A stretch of 64,000 nt of DNA, taken from Octopus sinensis (lineage: Eukaryota). Position 1 is the first letter of the stretch; every line of letters starts with the position of its first letter. Below are positions 12,425 through 24,400 of the stretch, piece after piece. The notes under the pieces were generated by a model. The model searched no databases. It had not been told where the DNA came from and was given only the letters and a program-made list of their open reading frames with translations. Location: NCBI RefSeq assembly GCF_006345805.1, contig NC_043019.1, positions 10,477,360 through 10,541,359 of the forward strand. Reading direction: 5' to 3'. Both the position numbers and the translations under genes were made by a program.

Positions 12425-15400
12425 CACACACACACACACACTACTTATACAGGCTATACATACATGGATAATTTGTGTAGTCTCCTCAGATTTTTTGCCA
12501 TTTGCCAGCCTCCGCTGGCCCCTGTGCCGGTGGCACGTAAAAAACACCCACTACACTCTGAGTGGTTGGCGTTAGGAAGGGCATCCAGCTGTAGAAACAC
12601 AGCCAGATCAAACTGGAGCCTGGTGCAGCCTCCTGGCTTCCCAGACACTGGTCGAAAAGTCCAACCCATGCTAGCACGGAAAACAGACATTAAACGATGA
12701 TGAAAATGAATATTTATTTGTATACATGTTTCTGGGATAAAATTCCATATTGCAGTTAAATACTTTTGGTAGGAACCAACTAAAATGCATCTATGTCACG
12801 GTTCTCTACCTTAGCCCACTGTTCAAACACCTGGAAGTGCAAGAAAGAGCAAAAGTGTGTGTGTGTATACAGGCATGCACGCATGCGTGCACATTTTATT
12901 TTAAAGCCACTTTTCAGAAAGTATTACCTAACTTTAAAATAACATTGTTCTTTTTAAGCATATCAAAAAACTTCATCAGGTAATTTCCTATTTGATGTTC
13001 GTAAAATCAAGTTTCTTCTAGTTTCACTTTCAGTTTCCCATTTGACATTCGTAAAAATTGAATTTGTTTTACTCTCAATTTCAGCTCAATTAGTTTGATC
13101 TTTGTTTCATTGTGAATCCCAACAAAATACTTACAGACCAGCAGATAATCAATGAAAGGCATACAATTAGGATGCTGGCTCAATCTTTGTTGGATTCAGC
13201 AACTTGTATTGCTTGATGTATCCTTCATGCAGTGTAGACTTAAAGAGGAAACATTAACAATGGGACTATGTGGTACTGCAATACATGCAAAAACAAAGCA
13301 AGCATTCGTCAAAGCAGTTGGTTTGAAAACAGCCATCTCATCATCATTTAACGTCCATTGTCCATGAGTTTGACCAGAGCTGGAGAGCTGCACCAGGCTT
13401 CAGTCTGGTTTGGCACAGTTTCTGCAGCTGGATGCCCTTCCTAATGCCAACCACTTTACAATGTGTGCTGGGTGCTTTTACATGGCATTGCACACACACT
13501 TCTATGTGGCACCAGCTCAGGACTCTTGCAAGCCAATCGTCTTCACCAGAAGGAGTGGCCATGACACTTCTACTGTGGGGTGTGGATCTTCTTGAGTACA
13601 GCAAGGCACCAGGTATCTTGGTCCTTTCATCCTTCTGTCATAATTCTGAGCCTACAACTTCTCTCAAGAAAGACATTTCTTATTTCTTTATTGCCCATAA
13701 TTGGCTAAACATAGAGGGAATAAACAAGGACAGACAAACGGATTAAGTCGATTACATCGACCCCAGTGCATATCTAGTACTTAATTTATTGACCCCGAAA
13801 GGATGAAAGGCAATGTCGACCTCAGCGGAATTTGAACTCGGAATGTAGCAGCAGACGAAATACCACTAAGCATTTTGCCCAGCGTGCTAACGTTTCTGCC
13901 AGCTCGCCACCTTAAAGACACCTTACAAGAAAGACATTTCTTTTAAGGTTCAGTGCAGCAAGAATACTTGTGCTGATTGGTGCAATTTCTGCCATGAGTT
14001 GTGCGAGAAGACAATTCTCAGGAGATTGAAGGGATTTACTATAACGACAAGCCTAATTATCGTGGAGGTGGATGAGTGAATTCTCACCAAGGTTCAGTGG
14101 TGAGAAAGTCACTGGGTTTTTTTGGTGGCGTGGAAAGACAAATCTGCAAAGTGTTTACTCCTCAAAGATCTGGACTGCAGTGAAAACACTTTGCTTTGGC
14201 ACGATCACACTTCAATGGGGTTTTGCCCAGCACCCATATCATTAGCACTGGCAGGTGCTCCTATAAAAATATTTACCAGTGGGCAAATGGCATTTATATG
14301 CATTCTGTTGTTGTTCGCAAGCACAGAAATTTTGGATCCTCACACTCAGACTTAATGGATGCTGCGTAAACTAATAAGGAGAGTACAGGAGGCGGTCGAA
14401 AAAGCCAGCTTCTATATATGGCTGAAGCAGGAAGACCGAAAATGGCTTGAAAGTCATAAACACGCTGACGGGAAATAACATCATTAGGTGAGACAAGCTG
14501 ACTGACAGGTGACGGTCGTTCAGAAAAAGTGCGGGCTAAAACTACGCGCCTTCACTAGTCAGTTAAGGTGAGACAGTGTCACGTGCAACTTGCTGGGGCT
14601 GCCTGCTGGAACCTATGCGGCAGGTATTTAAAGGGAGAAATTTGACAAGACAGTCAGTCACCGGCTGACACTCGCTGACGATACATCGAAGAGGCCAGGG
14701 AACAGAAGAAAGAAGACACCTCCGGAGGGGGGGGGCACGTCAAAACGGTAGAGGAGTAGGGGCCGAAACTGGACGTGGTTCCTCCTGATGATGTCTTCAG
14801 CTAACTGGATCCTATAAAGGAGCTGTTGTGGTAGCAGACCACGAAACACGGTTGTAATTCCCCAGAAAATTCTCCACCAATTTGGAAAAAACGATGTGCA
14901 CTGCCCAAGCCATCTCCATGAGTTCATTTGGCAAAACTCTATTCAAAATAAGATTTTTACTCCTTGTTCACACTCCATATCACTTATAATTATGAAATCA
15001 TCATCAAATGTTTTATTGAAATAAACTTTTTGGATTACTATGATTTTACAAGAATAAAATAGGAAATTACCTTTAATTATTCCACAGCACTGTATCTTTT
15101 ATCTTTCAGTTTTACTCTAATAGCTGAGTCACTACCAGATCTAGAGAAGTTTCAGGTGTGGAAGCAAGGTCTAGAATCAAAGGGCCTTAGAGTTAATCTA
15201 GTAAAAACCAAAGTCTTAGTAAGTAGGAAGACAGGTAAACCACAAATCCCCTCAGGTAGATGGCCCTGCTCAATCTGTAGGAAAAGTGTAGGTAGAAGCT
15301 CCATAAGATGTACCCAGTGTAATTATGGCCTCATAAGAGATGCAGCAAAATCGAAGGAAGGTTAACTGCGAAGATAGTTTTTGTATGTGGCAGATTCACA

Positions 15401-18400
15401 GGGGCAGTAAACACTGAAAATGTGCAGAGAACATCTTCCATCACATGCCAGGGGGGAAATTTAAAAGTAACCTCTATAAAACTGATTTTTAAACATTGAA
15501 TGCCGATTGGGATCCACCTGATTAAAATAGGAATCAGCGGTTCATAAATAAAACATGGTTGGAAATCATCATCATCATCGTTTAACGTCCGCTTTCCATG
15601 CTAGCATGGGTTGGACGGTTCAACTGGGGTCTGGGAAGCCGGAAGGCCGCACCAGGCCCAGTCTGATCTGGCAGTGTTTCTACAGCTGGATGCCCTTCCT
15701 AATGTCAACCACTCCGTGAGTGTAGTGGGTGCTTTTTACGTGCCACCGGCACAGGTGCCAGACGAGGCTGGCAAACGGTCATGATTGGATGGTGCTTTTT
15801 ATGTGCCACTGGCACGGGGACCAGTCAGGGCAGCGCTGGCTACAGCCACGTTCGGATGGTTCTCTTATGTGCCACTGGCACTGGTATCACAGCTACAAAT
15901 TCCATTGATGTTGATCAATTGCGATTTTGATTTTCACTTGCCTCAACAGGTCTTCCCAAGTAGAGTTTTGTGTCCCAAGAAGGAAAGGAATGCATAAGTG
16001 GACTGGCTACATCCCAGGTAGAGGCCACGGGTTATGGCCTCACTTGTCCTGTCAAGTCTTCTGCTCTAAACAGTTATCCACACGTCCTCACTTTGTAATA
16101 ACGTTATACTCTACCAATACAGTTGTTTTTTATCATAATTTAATGTCTGTTGTCCATGCTGGCAAGCTAGGGAGCTGCACCAGACTCAGTCTGATTTGGC
16201 CTGGTTTATATGGCTGGATGCTTTTATATGCTCCTGCCGTGAGTGCTTTACACCACCAGAAGGATCAGTTTTAACACTTCTGCTTTTTAACTAATTAGTT
16301 TGGTGGTGTTATAATAAGGATTGTTATCAGAATTTGTTGGAAGCAGCAGTAGGAATCAGTTTAGAAATAAAAACTAGTCTGATATAAGAGATGGACCTTC
16401 AATTTGTGCTCCAAGAAAGGGCGATATATGAATGATTACCTCCTACTAAGTCTCATGACAGACCTGCAAACTCCACCAGCCTTTACATGGTTGCTGTACC
16501 TGCTATAACTAACAGCCAACTATTACTCAACCCTTTAGCATTTAAATAGCCTTATCTGGCTCAAATATTCTACCTGTTTTATGTTCAAACCAGCCAGATC
16601 CAGTCTCTCACACCCACCCTACAATATCATTCTAAAAATAAACAATCACATCATTGAAATCTCAAAGATATGAGATAATGCATGATTAATTCAAAACAAG
16701 TGTGAATAAACAAACGTGAGCTTAAAATGCTAAATGTTTCGATCACACTCTAATAGCTTAAGTAGGGAAGCTTCTTTCAGTTTCCATCTACCAAATCCAC
16801 TCACAAGGTTTTGATTAGCCTAGTGCTGTAGAAGACATTTGCCCAGGGTATCCTGCAGTGGGATTGAACCTAAGACCACATAGTTGGGAAGCAAACTTCA
16901 TGACCACACAGGTGCCTATGGAGTAAAAAAACTAGATGGTCACAACTAGAAGGTCTTTCAACACCACTCTACTCAGTAAGGACTAACCTGGAGCTAAACA
17001 CCACTGAGCCAAAATTGGAGTCTCAAGTTGTCATTTGATCTGTTAGAAATAGCAGCCATATATTTCCCTCAAATTATACCTTATTGTCTTTGATATGATA
17101 TTCTAGATAATGTAATCTTAGATGGAAGAGACAGGATGGTCAAATCTGAATTGCCTTAGTCTAAGGATCTTTTCGGTTTGAACGGCAGTTTTTTCTAGCG
17201 GTGTCATGAAATTGTCACCCATAATTATGACCCTAGTATCGATCTATTGCATTTCAATCTCTTTTAGGGTTAGGGGTGGGGGGAAGGGCATTTTTGTTTT
17301 GTTCACAAATGTAAATAAACCCAATCTGTTTCTTAAACGAGGGACATATTCATACGGCACGGAATGTTTTTTTTACCTCAATGGACGTCATTGATTGGTT
17401 GAAATTGCAGAAATTGAAGAAGAAAAAAACAACAAATATCTTACAAACTATAGAATTTTCTCAATAAAGCCAAGAGAAAAAGATGTTTTATAAACACATT
17501 CTACCAGTATACGAAGTTTAAAATTTTTTAGTTACCTAGAAATTATGTTAAAAACTGCCATTCAAACCGAAAAGATCCCGGTCTAAACACCGTCAGTAGT
17601 GTTGTTTATTTCCTGTTTGGGTATTGAATCTGTTTTGTCTGTCGTCTTCCTTCAAATGTCAAAGTAATGATGGTTTCACTGACCTAAAACGTGCGTTTGT
17701 CATTTTAAAGTACTCTTAATGCACACACTTAACACCACTTTCCACTTTCACGATTTCAATACACAGACAGAAGCATTTATTATGTTCCAAATGTCATCTT
17801 GACCTTTTTGTTACCATGGTATTTTTTTTTTTAAATAAAATTTTTGATGCACGTTTTGTCTAAGATGCTTGCTTTCCAGTCACATGGTTCTGGGTTCAGT
17901 CCCTCTTCGTGGCACTTTGTACATGTGTCTTCTACTTTAGCCTTGGGCTGACCAAAGCCTTATGAGTGGATTTGGTTTCAATCACACTCTAACAGCTGAA
18001 GTAAGGAAACAACTTGTTCGATAATGTGTGTGTGTGTGTAACGAGCTTCTTTCAGTTTCCATCTACCAAATCCACTCACAAGGTTTTGATTAGTCTAGAA
18101 CTGTAGAAGACACTTGCCCAGGGTATCATGCAGTGGGATTGAACCTAAGACCACATGGTTGGGAAGCAGGCTTCATGACCACATAGCCACACAGGTGGCT
18201 AGAAACTGAAAGAAGCCCGTCTTGGTGCATTGCTGTACTCAAGAAGACCCATCCTCTACTGCAGAATTGCTACCAGTGCAGGTGCACATAAGAAGCACCC
18301 GGTACACTCTGTATAGTAGGTCATGTTAGGAAGGGCATCCAGCTGTAGAAACTATGCCAGAACAATGGACCCTGGTGCAGCCCCTGGCATTGCCATATCT

Positions 18401-21400
18401 GGGCAAACCATTCAATCCATACCAACATGGAAAATGGATGTTAAATTATTATATTTATGTGTCTTTCTGTTTGTCCCTCCACCGCTACTTGGCAACCAGT
18501 GATGGTGTGTTTACATCCCCATAGCTTAGTGGTTCAGCAAAACAGACTGATAGAATGAGGACCATGCTACCTTAACCCTTGAGCATTTAAACCAGCCATA
18601 TTCAACCCAGATATTGTATATGTGTTTAATGTTCAAACTGGCCTGATCTCACACCTACCCTACAATGTCATTCTTAACATAAAACAATCGCCCATTCGAT
18701 ATCTTGAAGCTACAAGGTAAATATATGATTAATTCACAACAATGTTAAATAAATAAATGAATATTACATTTGACGAAGTAATTTTAATGCTAAAGGATTA
18801 AAGCAGCTGTATCCAACCAAGATATTCTACTGGTTTTGTGTTCAAACTGGCCGGATCTGGCCTCTCTCACATACCATACTCTTTTACTTGTTTCAGTCAT
18901 TTGAATGCAGTCATGCTGGAGCACCGCCTTTAGTCGAGCAAATCGACCCCAGGACTTATTCTTTGTAAGCCCAGTACTTATTCTATCGGTCTCTTTTGCC
19001 GAACTGCTAAGTTACGGGGATGTAAACACACCAGCATCAGTTGTCAAGCGATGTTGGAGGACAGACACATACATATATATACGATGGGCTTCTTTCAGTT
19101 TCTGTCTACCAAATCCACTCACAAGGCTTTGGTTGGCTCGAGGCTATAGTAGAAGACACTTGCCCAAGGTGCCATGCAGTGGGATTGAACCCGTGACCAT
19201 GTGGTTGGTAAACAAGCTACTTACCACACAGCCACTCCATACAATATTATTCTAAAAATAAACACTCACATCATTGAAATCTCAAAGCTACAAGAAAATG
19301 TATGACTAATTCAAATGAATTTGAATAAATAAGCATCGTATTTGATAGAGTAGTGTGAATGCTAAAGAAATAAATGGTTTTTAATTAAGGCACAAGACCA
19401 GCAATTTTGAGGAAACGAGGTAATTAGTACCATCAACTTCAATAGTTGACTGGTACTTTATTTTATTGACCCTTGAAAGGATGTAAAGCAAAGTTGACTT
19501 CAATGGAATTTGAACTCTGGTCGTAAAGTGCTTGTAGAAATACTGCAAGACAATTTTTTTCCAACACTAATTATTCTGCCATCTTGCTGCCTGAAATGTC
19601 ATTAATGAAGAAAAATGTTATACTGCTAAATCGTGCCGGATTCTTGATTAATTTCGTAATTAACTGGAACAGTTAGGCAATGTATAGAAATATCATTACT
19701 GAAGGGTTAACCTTTAAATATCACATTCCTCTTTTTTTTTTGCATTTCTCTGTAAATTTAAAGGCTTTGTAACAATGTAAGAAATTGATATCATTGTTCT
19801 GACGGTATGTGGGTAGAATCATTAGCACACAGGGCAAAATGCTTAGCGGTATTTCGTCTGCCGTTACGTTCTGAGTTCAAATTCCATCAAGGTCGACTTT
19901 GCCTTTCATCCTTTCAGGGTCAATTAATTAAGTGCCCGTTGGGTACTGGGGTCAATGTAATCGACTGGCCCCCCTCCTCCAAAATATATATATACACTCA
20001 CATGTAAATGGCAAACAATGAGAACGAGTGTTCAACACCTGCTTTGATGGATGGTGTCTTTATGTATTAAGGCTACCATTGGTTTCATGTTAAGGAATAT
20101 CTCAACTGGTGTTTTAATCTTAAATAGATGAACACCAATTTTCCTGTGATTGGCTTGAAGAATTGTTGAGATACTTCTTAACATGAAACAAGTACACACA
20201 CACATACACATAAAATTCATTTAACATTTTGAACTGAATATCTACAATTATTTATACCTCTATCTGCTTTGAGTTGAACTGTTAGAAGCTCATTATTTTA
20301 TGTTCTCTCAGAGTTTCTAAATTCTTAAGATGTAAAATATATTTATATAAAGCAATTATTTATCATCATTTAACATCCACTTTTCCATGTTTGCATGGGT
20401 CAGACAAAATTCATTGAGGCAGATTTTTCTACAGCTGGATGCCCTTTCTGTTGCCAACCTTCATCAGACCTGGAAACAAACAACACTGCTTGCATGACAG
20501 TCATGCTTGTTTACAACTGTTGTGTGATGTCATGGCAAGGGTACGCACACACACACACACTCTTTTACATGCGTGTGTGTGTGTATATGATTATATGTGC
20601 ATGTTACTGTCACCATCAGATCAGGCAAGCAGTGTCCTTTCTTTCCAGCTTTCCCTGAAAACCTGTCTGGTCATGGGAGAATATTGCCTTACTTGGAAAC
20701 AGGCAGAGGTTGGTGACAGGAAGTGCATCCATCTGTAGGAAAATCTACCTTGACAAATTCTGGGAAAGCAAACATTTAACCCTTTCGATACCAACCCGGC
20801 TGAAGCCGGCTTTGGCTCTGTAGTACAAATATTTTGTTTACATAAGTTTTGAATTAAAATCTTCCACCAAACCTTAGTCACAATTTATGTTCCTAACACT
20901 AGCTTAATGATAACTAAGTTATTTTACTAAATCCTTTGTTATATTCAAAGTAATTGAAAGAAACACAGAATATCTCAATAGAAATAAGGTAACAAAAAGG
21001 TTAAAGTCACCATGATATTTTTAACCCTTTTGATAGCAACCCAGCTGAAACCAGCTCTGGCTCTGAGTACAAAAGTCTTGTTTTCATAAATTTTGAATTA
21101 AAATCTTCCACCAAACCTTAGTCACAATTTATGTTCCTAACACTAGCTTAATGATAACTAGGTGATTTTACTAAATTCTTTGTTATATCTAAAATAATTG
21201 AGAGAAACACAGAGTATCTCAAAATAAATACAGTAACGAAAGGGTTAAATGATGTTGATGGGATAAAACAAATATCTTTTATGTATGTAATATATATATG
21301 TAGGAGTGGCTGTGTGGTAAGTAGCTTGCTTACGAACCACATGGTTCCGGGTTCAGTCCCACTGCGTGGCACCTTGGGCAAGTGTCTTCTATAGATTCGG

Positions 21401-24400
21401 GCCGACCAAAGCCTTGTGAGTGGATTTGGAAGACGGAAACTGAAAGAAGCCCGTTGTATATATGTATGTGTATATGTTTTTGTGTCTGTGTTTGTCCCCC
21501 TAACATCGCTTGACAACCGATGCTGGTGTGTTTACGTCTCCGTAACTTAGCGGTTCGGCAAAAGAGACCGATAGAATAAGTACTGGGCTTACATAAGAAT
21601 AAGTCCTGGGGTCGATTTGCTCGACTAAAAGGTGGTGCTCCTGCATGGCCACAGTCAAATGACTGAAACAAGTAAAAGAGTATATGTATATATAAATATA
21701 TTTATTTTGTTTTTCTCTCTCTCTCTTTCCAGAAACCGATATTACTTCATGGACACGAGCGGTCCATCACGCAAATCAGATACAGTCGAGAAGGAGATTT
21801 GATTTTCTCTTGTGCAAAAGACTCCACACCAAATGTCTGGTTCTCCCTCAACGGTGAACGCCTGGGAAGCTACCGTGGACACAATGGAGCTGTTTGGTGT
21901 CTGGATGTGGATTGTATCCTTTTTCTTAAAACTTATTTCTTATAATCAACACCATTAACGATATATAAAGTAACTGGGTCAGACTTTGCATGATATGACA
22001 CACCACATGAATATATCAGTCATCAGTCACATAAAGCCACATGATTAAACCTTTAGTATTTAAACCGGCCATATCCGGCCAAAATAGTTAATCTGTTTTA
22101 TGTTCAAACTGACCAGATCCAGGCTCTCACACCTACCCTACAATGTTATTCTACATTAAGTAATTACACCATCAAGATCTTGAAGATATGAGATAATGCA
22201 TGATTAATTCAAATCAATGTGAATCAATAAGCATTATGTTTGATAAAATAATCAGAACACTAAAGGGTTAAACCTTAACCAATATACATCACAGTATATC
22301 AATCATTTGTCACAAAGCCACACGATTGAACTTTTGACAGTACACTTCACAGAATGAATATATCAATCATTAGTCATATAAAGCCACAAGATTAAACTTT
22401 TGATAATACACACTACAGTATGAACGCATCAATCATTAGTCATATAAAACCAGGAGATTAAATCTTATACAATACATACCACTGAATATATCAATCATCA
22501 GTCATATAAAGCCACAAGATTAAACTTTTGACAATACACTCTACAGTATGAACGTATCAATCATTAGTCATATAAAACCAGGAGTTTAACCCTTTAGTAT
22601 TTAAACTGGCCAAATCCGGCCCAATATATTCTACATGTTTTATATTCAAACTGGCGATGTCTAGCCTCTCACACCTAACCTACAATGCCATTCTAAAAAT
22701 AAGTAATCACATCATTGAAACCTCAAAGCTGTAAGATGATCCAGGATTAATTCAAAACAATTTGAGTGAACAAGTATTACATTTAACAGAGTAATCTGAA
22801 TACTAAAGAGTTAAATCTTATACAGTACATAAAAAGCACCCACTACACTCATGGAGTGGTTGGCGTTAGGAAGGGCATCCAGCCGTAGAAACATTGCCAG
22901 ATCAGACTGGGCCTGGCACAGCCTACTGGCTTCCCAGACCCCAGTTGAACTGTCCAACCCATGCTAGCATGGAAAACGGACGTTAAACGATGATGATGAT
23001 GAATATATCAATCATCATCATCATCGTTTAACGTCCATTTTCCATGCTAGCATGGGTTGGACGGTTCAACTGGGGTCTGGGAAGCCAGAAGGCTGCACCA
23101 GGCTCCAGTCTGATCTGGCAGTGTTTCTACAGCTGGATACCCTTCCTAACGCCAACCACTCCATGAGTGTGGTGGGTGCTTTTTACGTGCCACTGGCACA
23201 AACTTCAGCAAAACTAAATCATTCTAGCATGGAAAAAATAAAAATTAGCAAAAAATAAAAAATACAAAAAAAAATGAAAACATTCTCTGAAATTCCTTGA
23301 ATACTTAAGTGATATATGTTTGGTGCTTATGAGGGTGGTTTTTTGGTTGTGTGGCATTATTTCTTTAACAAAGTCTTTTAGGGTGCACCCAGAAATTATT
23401 GACTGGTTCAGCTGACAACAGTTGCCGTTTGTGGGACTGCGAAAAAGGTAAAGCAATTTTCTCACCTTCTTATGTCGTAAGCCTTCTCTTCTTTAACAGC
23501 AGGTCAGTCTTGATTGAGCAAAAGTGTTCCGGCCATGACCACCTTGTTTTGTTTCATTTTGTTTTTCTCTCAGCTATCATAGGTGCGAGTGTGACGATGT
23601 GCTAACAAATTTGTTTTCCAACCACATAGATTCAGGTTCAGTTCCACTGCATGGCACCTTGGGCAAATGTCTTTTACTATAATCCCAGAGCAACCAAAGC
23701 CCTGCGAGTGGATTTGGTAGGTGGAAACTGAAAGAAGCCCACTGTATGTGTGTAACTCATATAGTAACAGTAAGAGTATAATTTGAGGAAGATTTAACTG
23801 GTATTTCTAGCTGGTTGAGTGACTGCATAGAGCTTCTTTTGTTGGGAGTAACAGTATGATTTGAAGGAGATTTGGCTGCTATTTCTAGTTGTTAATATGA
23901 CTTTAAACTGCATCCAGTGGTGAGGCCCTGATTCAGGAGTTCCAGAGTTTTGAGGAGTGTGGAACCACCTCTTGGCCATATTGATCCCAAGTCTACTCCC
24001 GTAGCACCTGTCAGGGTCCCAGTTTATGGGTTAGATAGCATGGGAATAAGGGAATAAACAGCTCCAGACCAAATCATGGGTGTGGAGGTGCGTGGTTTAG
24101 TGGTTAGGGTGTTAAGGTTGTGGTTTCGATTCCTGGACCGGGCGATGCGTTGTGTTCTTGAACCAAACACTTCATTTTCACGTTGCTCCAATCCACTCAG
24201 CTGGCAAAAATGAGTAATCCTGCGATGGACTGGCATCCCGTCCAGGTGGGGAATTTCTACACCACTGAAACCGGCCCTTATGAGCCTGGCATGGCTTGAG
24301 AAGGAACATTTTTTTTTTTTAATCATAGGCGCAGGAGTGGCTGTGTGGTAAAAATGGCAAAAATCTCTAGGTGCTGAGCAGATTAACAGTCAACAAACTG

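Larger units (their letters stand above)
12979..15071 (+). mobile_element. Fossil Merlin (IS1016/ISXO2-type DDE) transposon with TIRs and three nested insertions
   Basis: TIRs GGTAATTTCCTATTT (12979-12993 / 15057-15071); relic motifs [76 protein letters not shown]. Confidence 0.8.
21914..23381 (+). other. U12-type (minor spliceosome) GT-AG intron, eIF3i intron 2
   Basis: 5'ss GTATCCTTTT (U12 consensus RTATCCTTT); branch site TTTCTTTAAC at 23360-23369 with branch A 13 nt from the AG; no long pyrimidine tract. Confidence 0.9.

Noticed and set aside
17816-17824. Alternative ATG|GT first exon for eIF3i
   Set aside because: Weak donor (GTATTT) and no promoter features, unlike 11116.
19603-19701. 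Intronic C/D-box snoRNA candidate (TGAAGA...CTGA)
   Set aside because: Non-canonical C box, no terminal stem and no recognisable antisense element; would need snoscan/Infernal.
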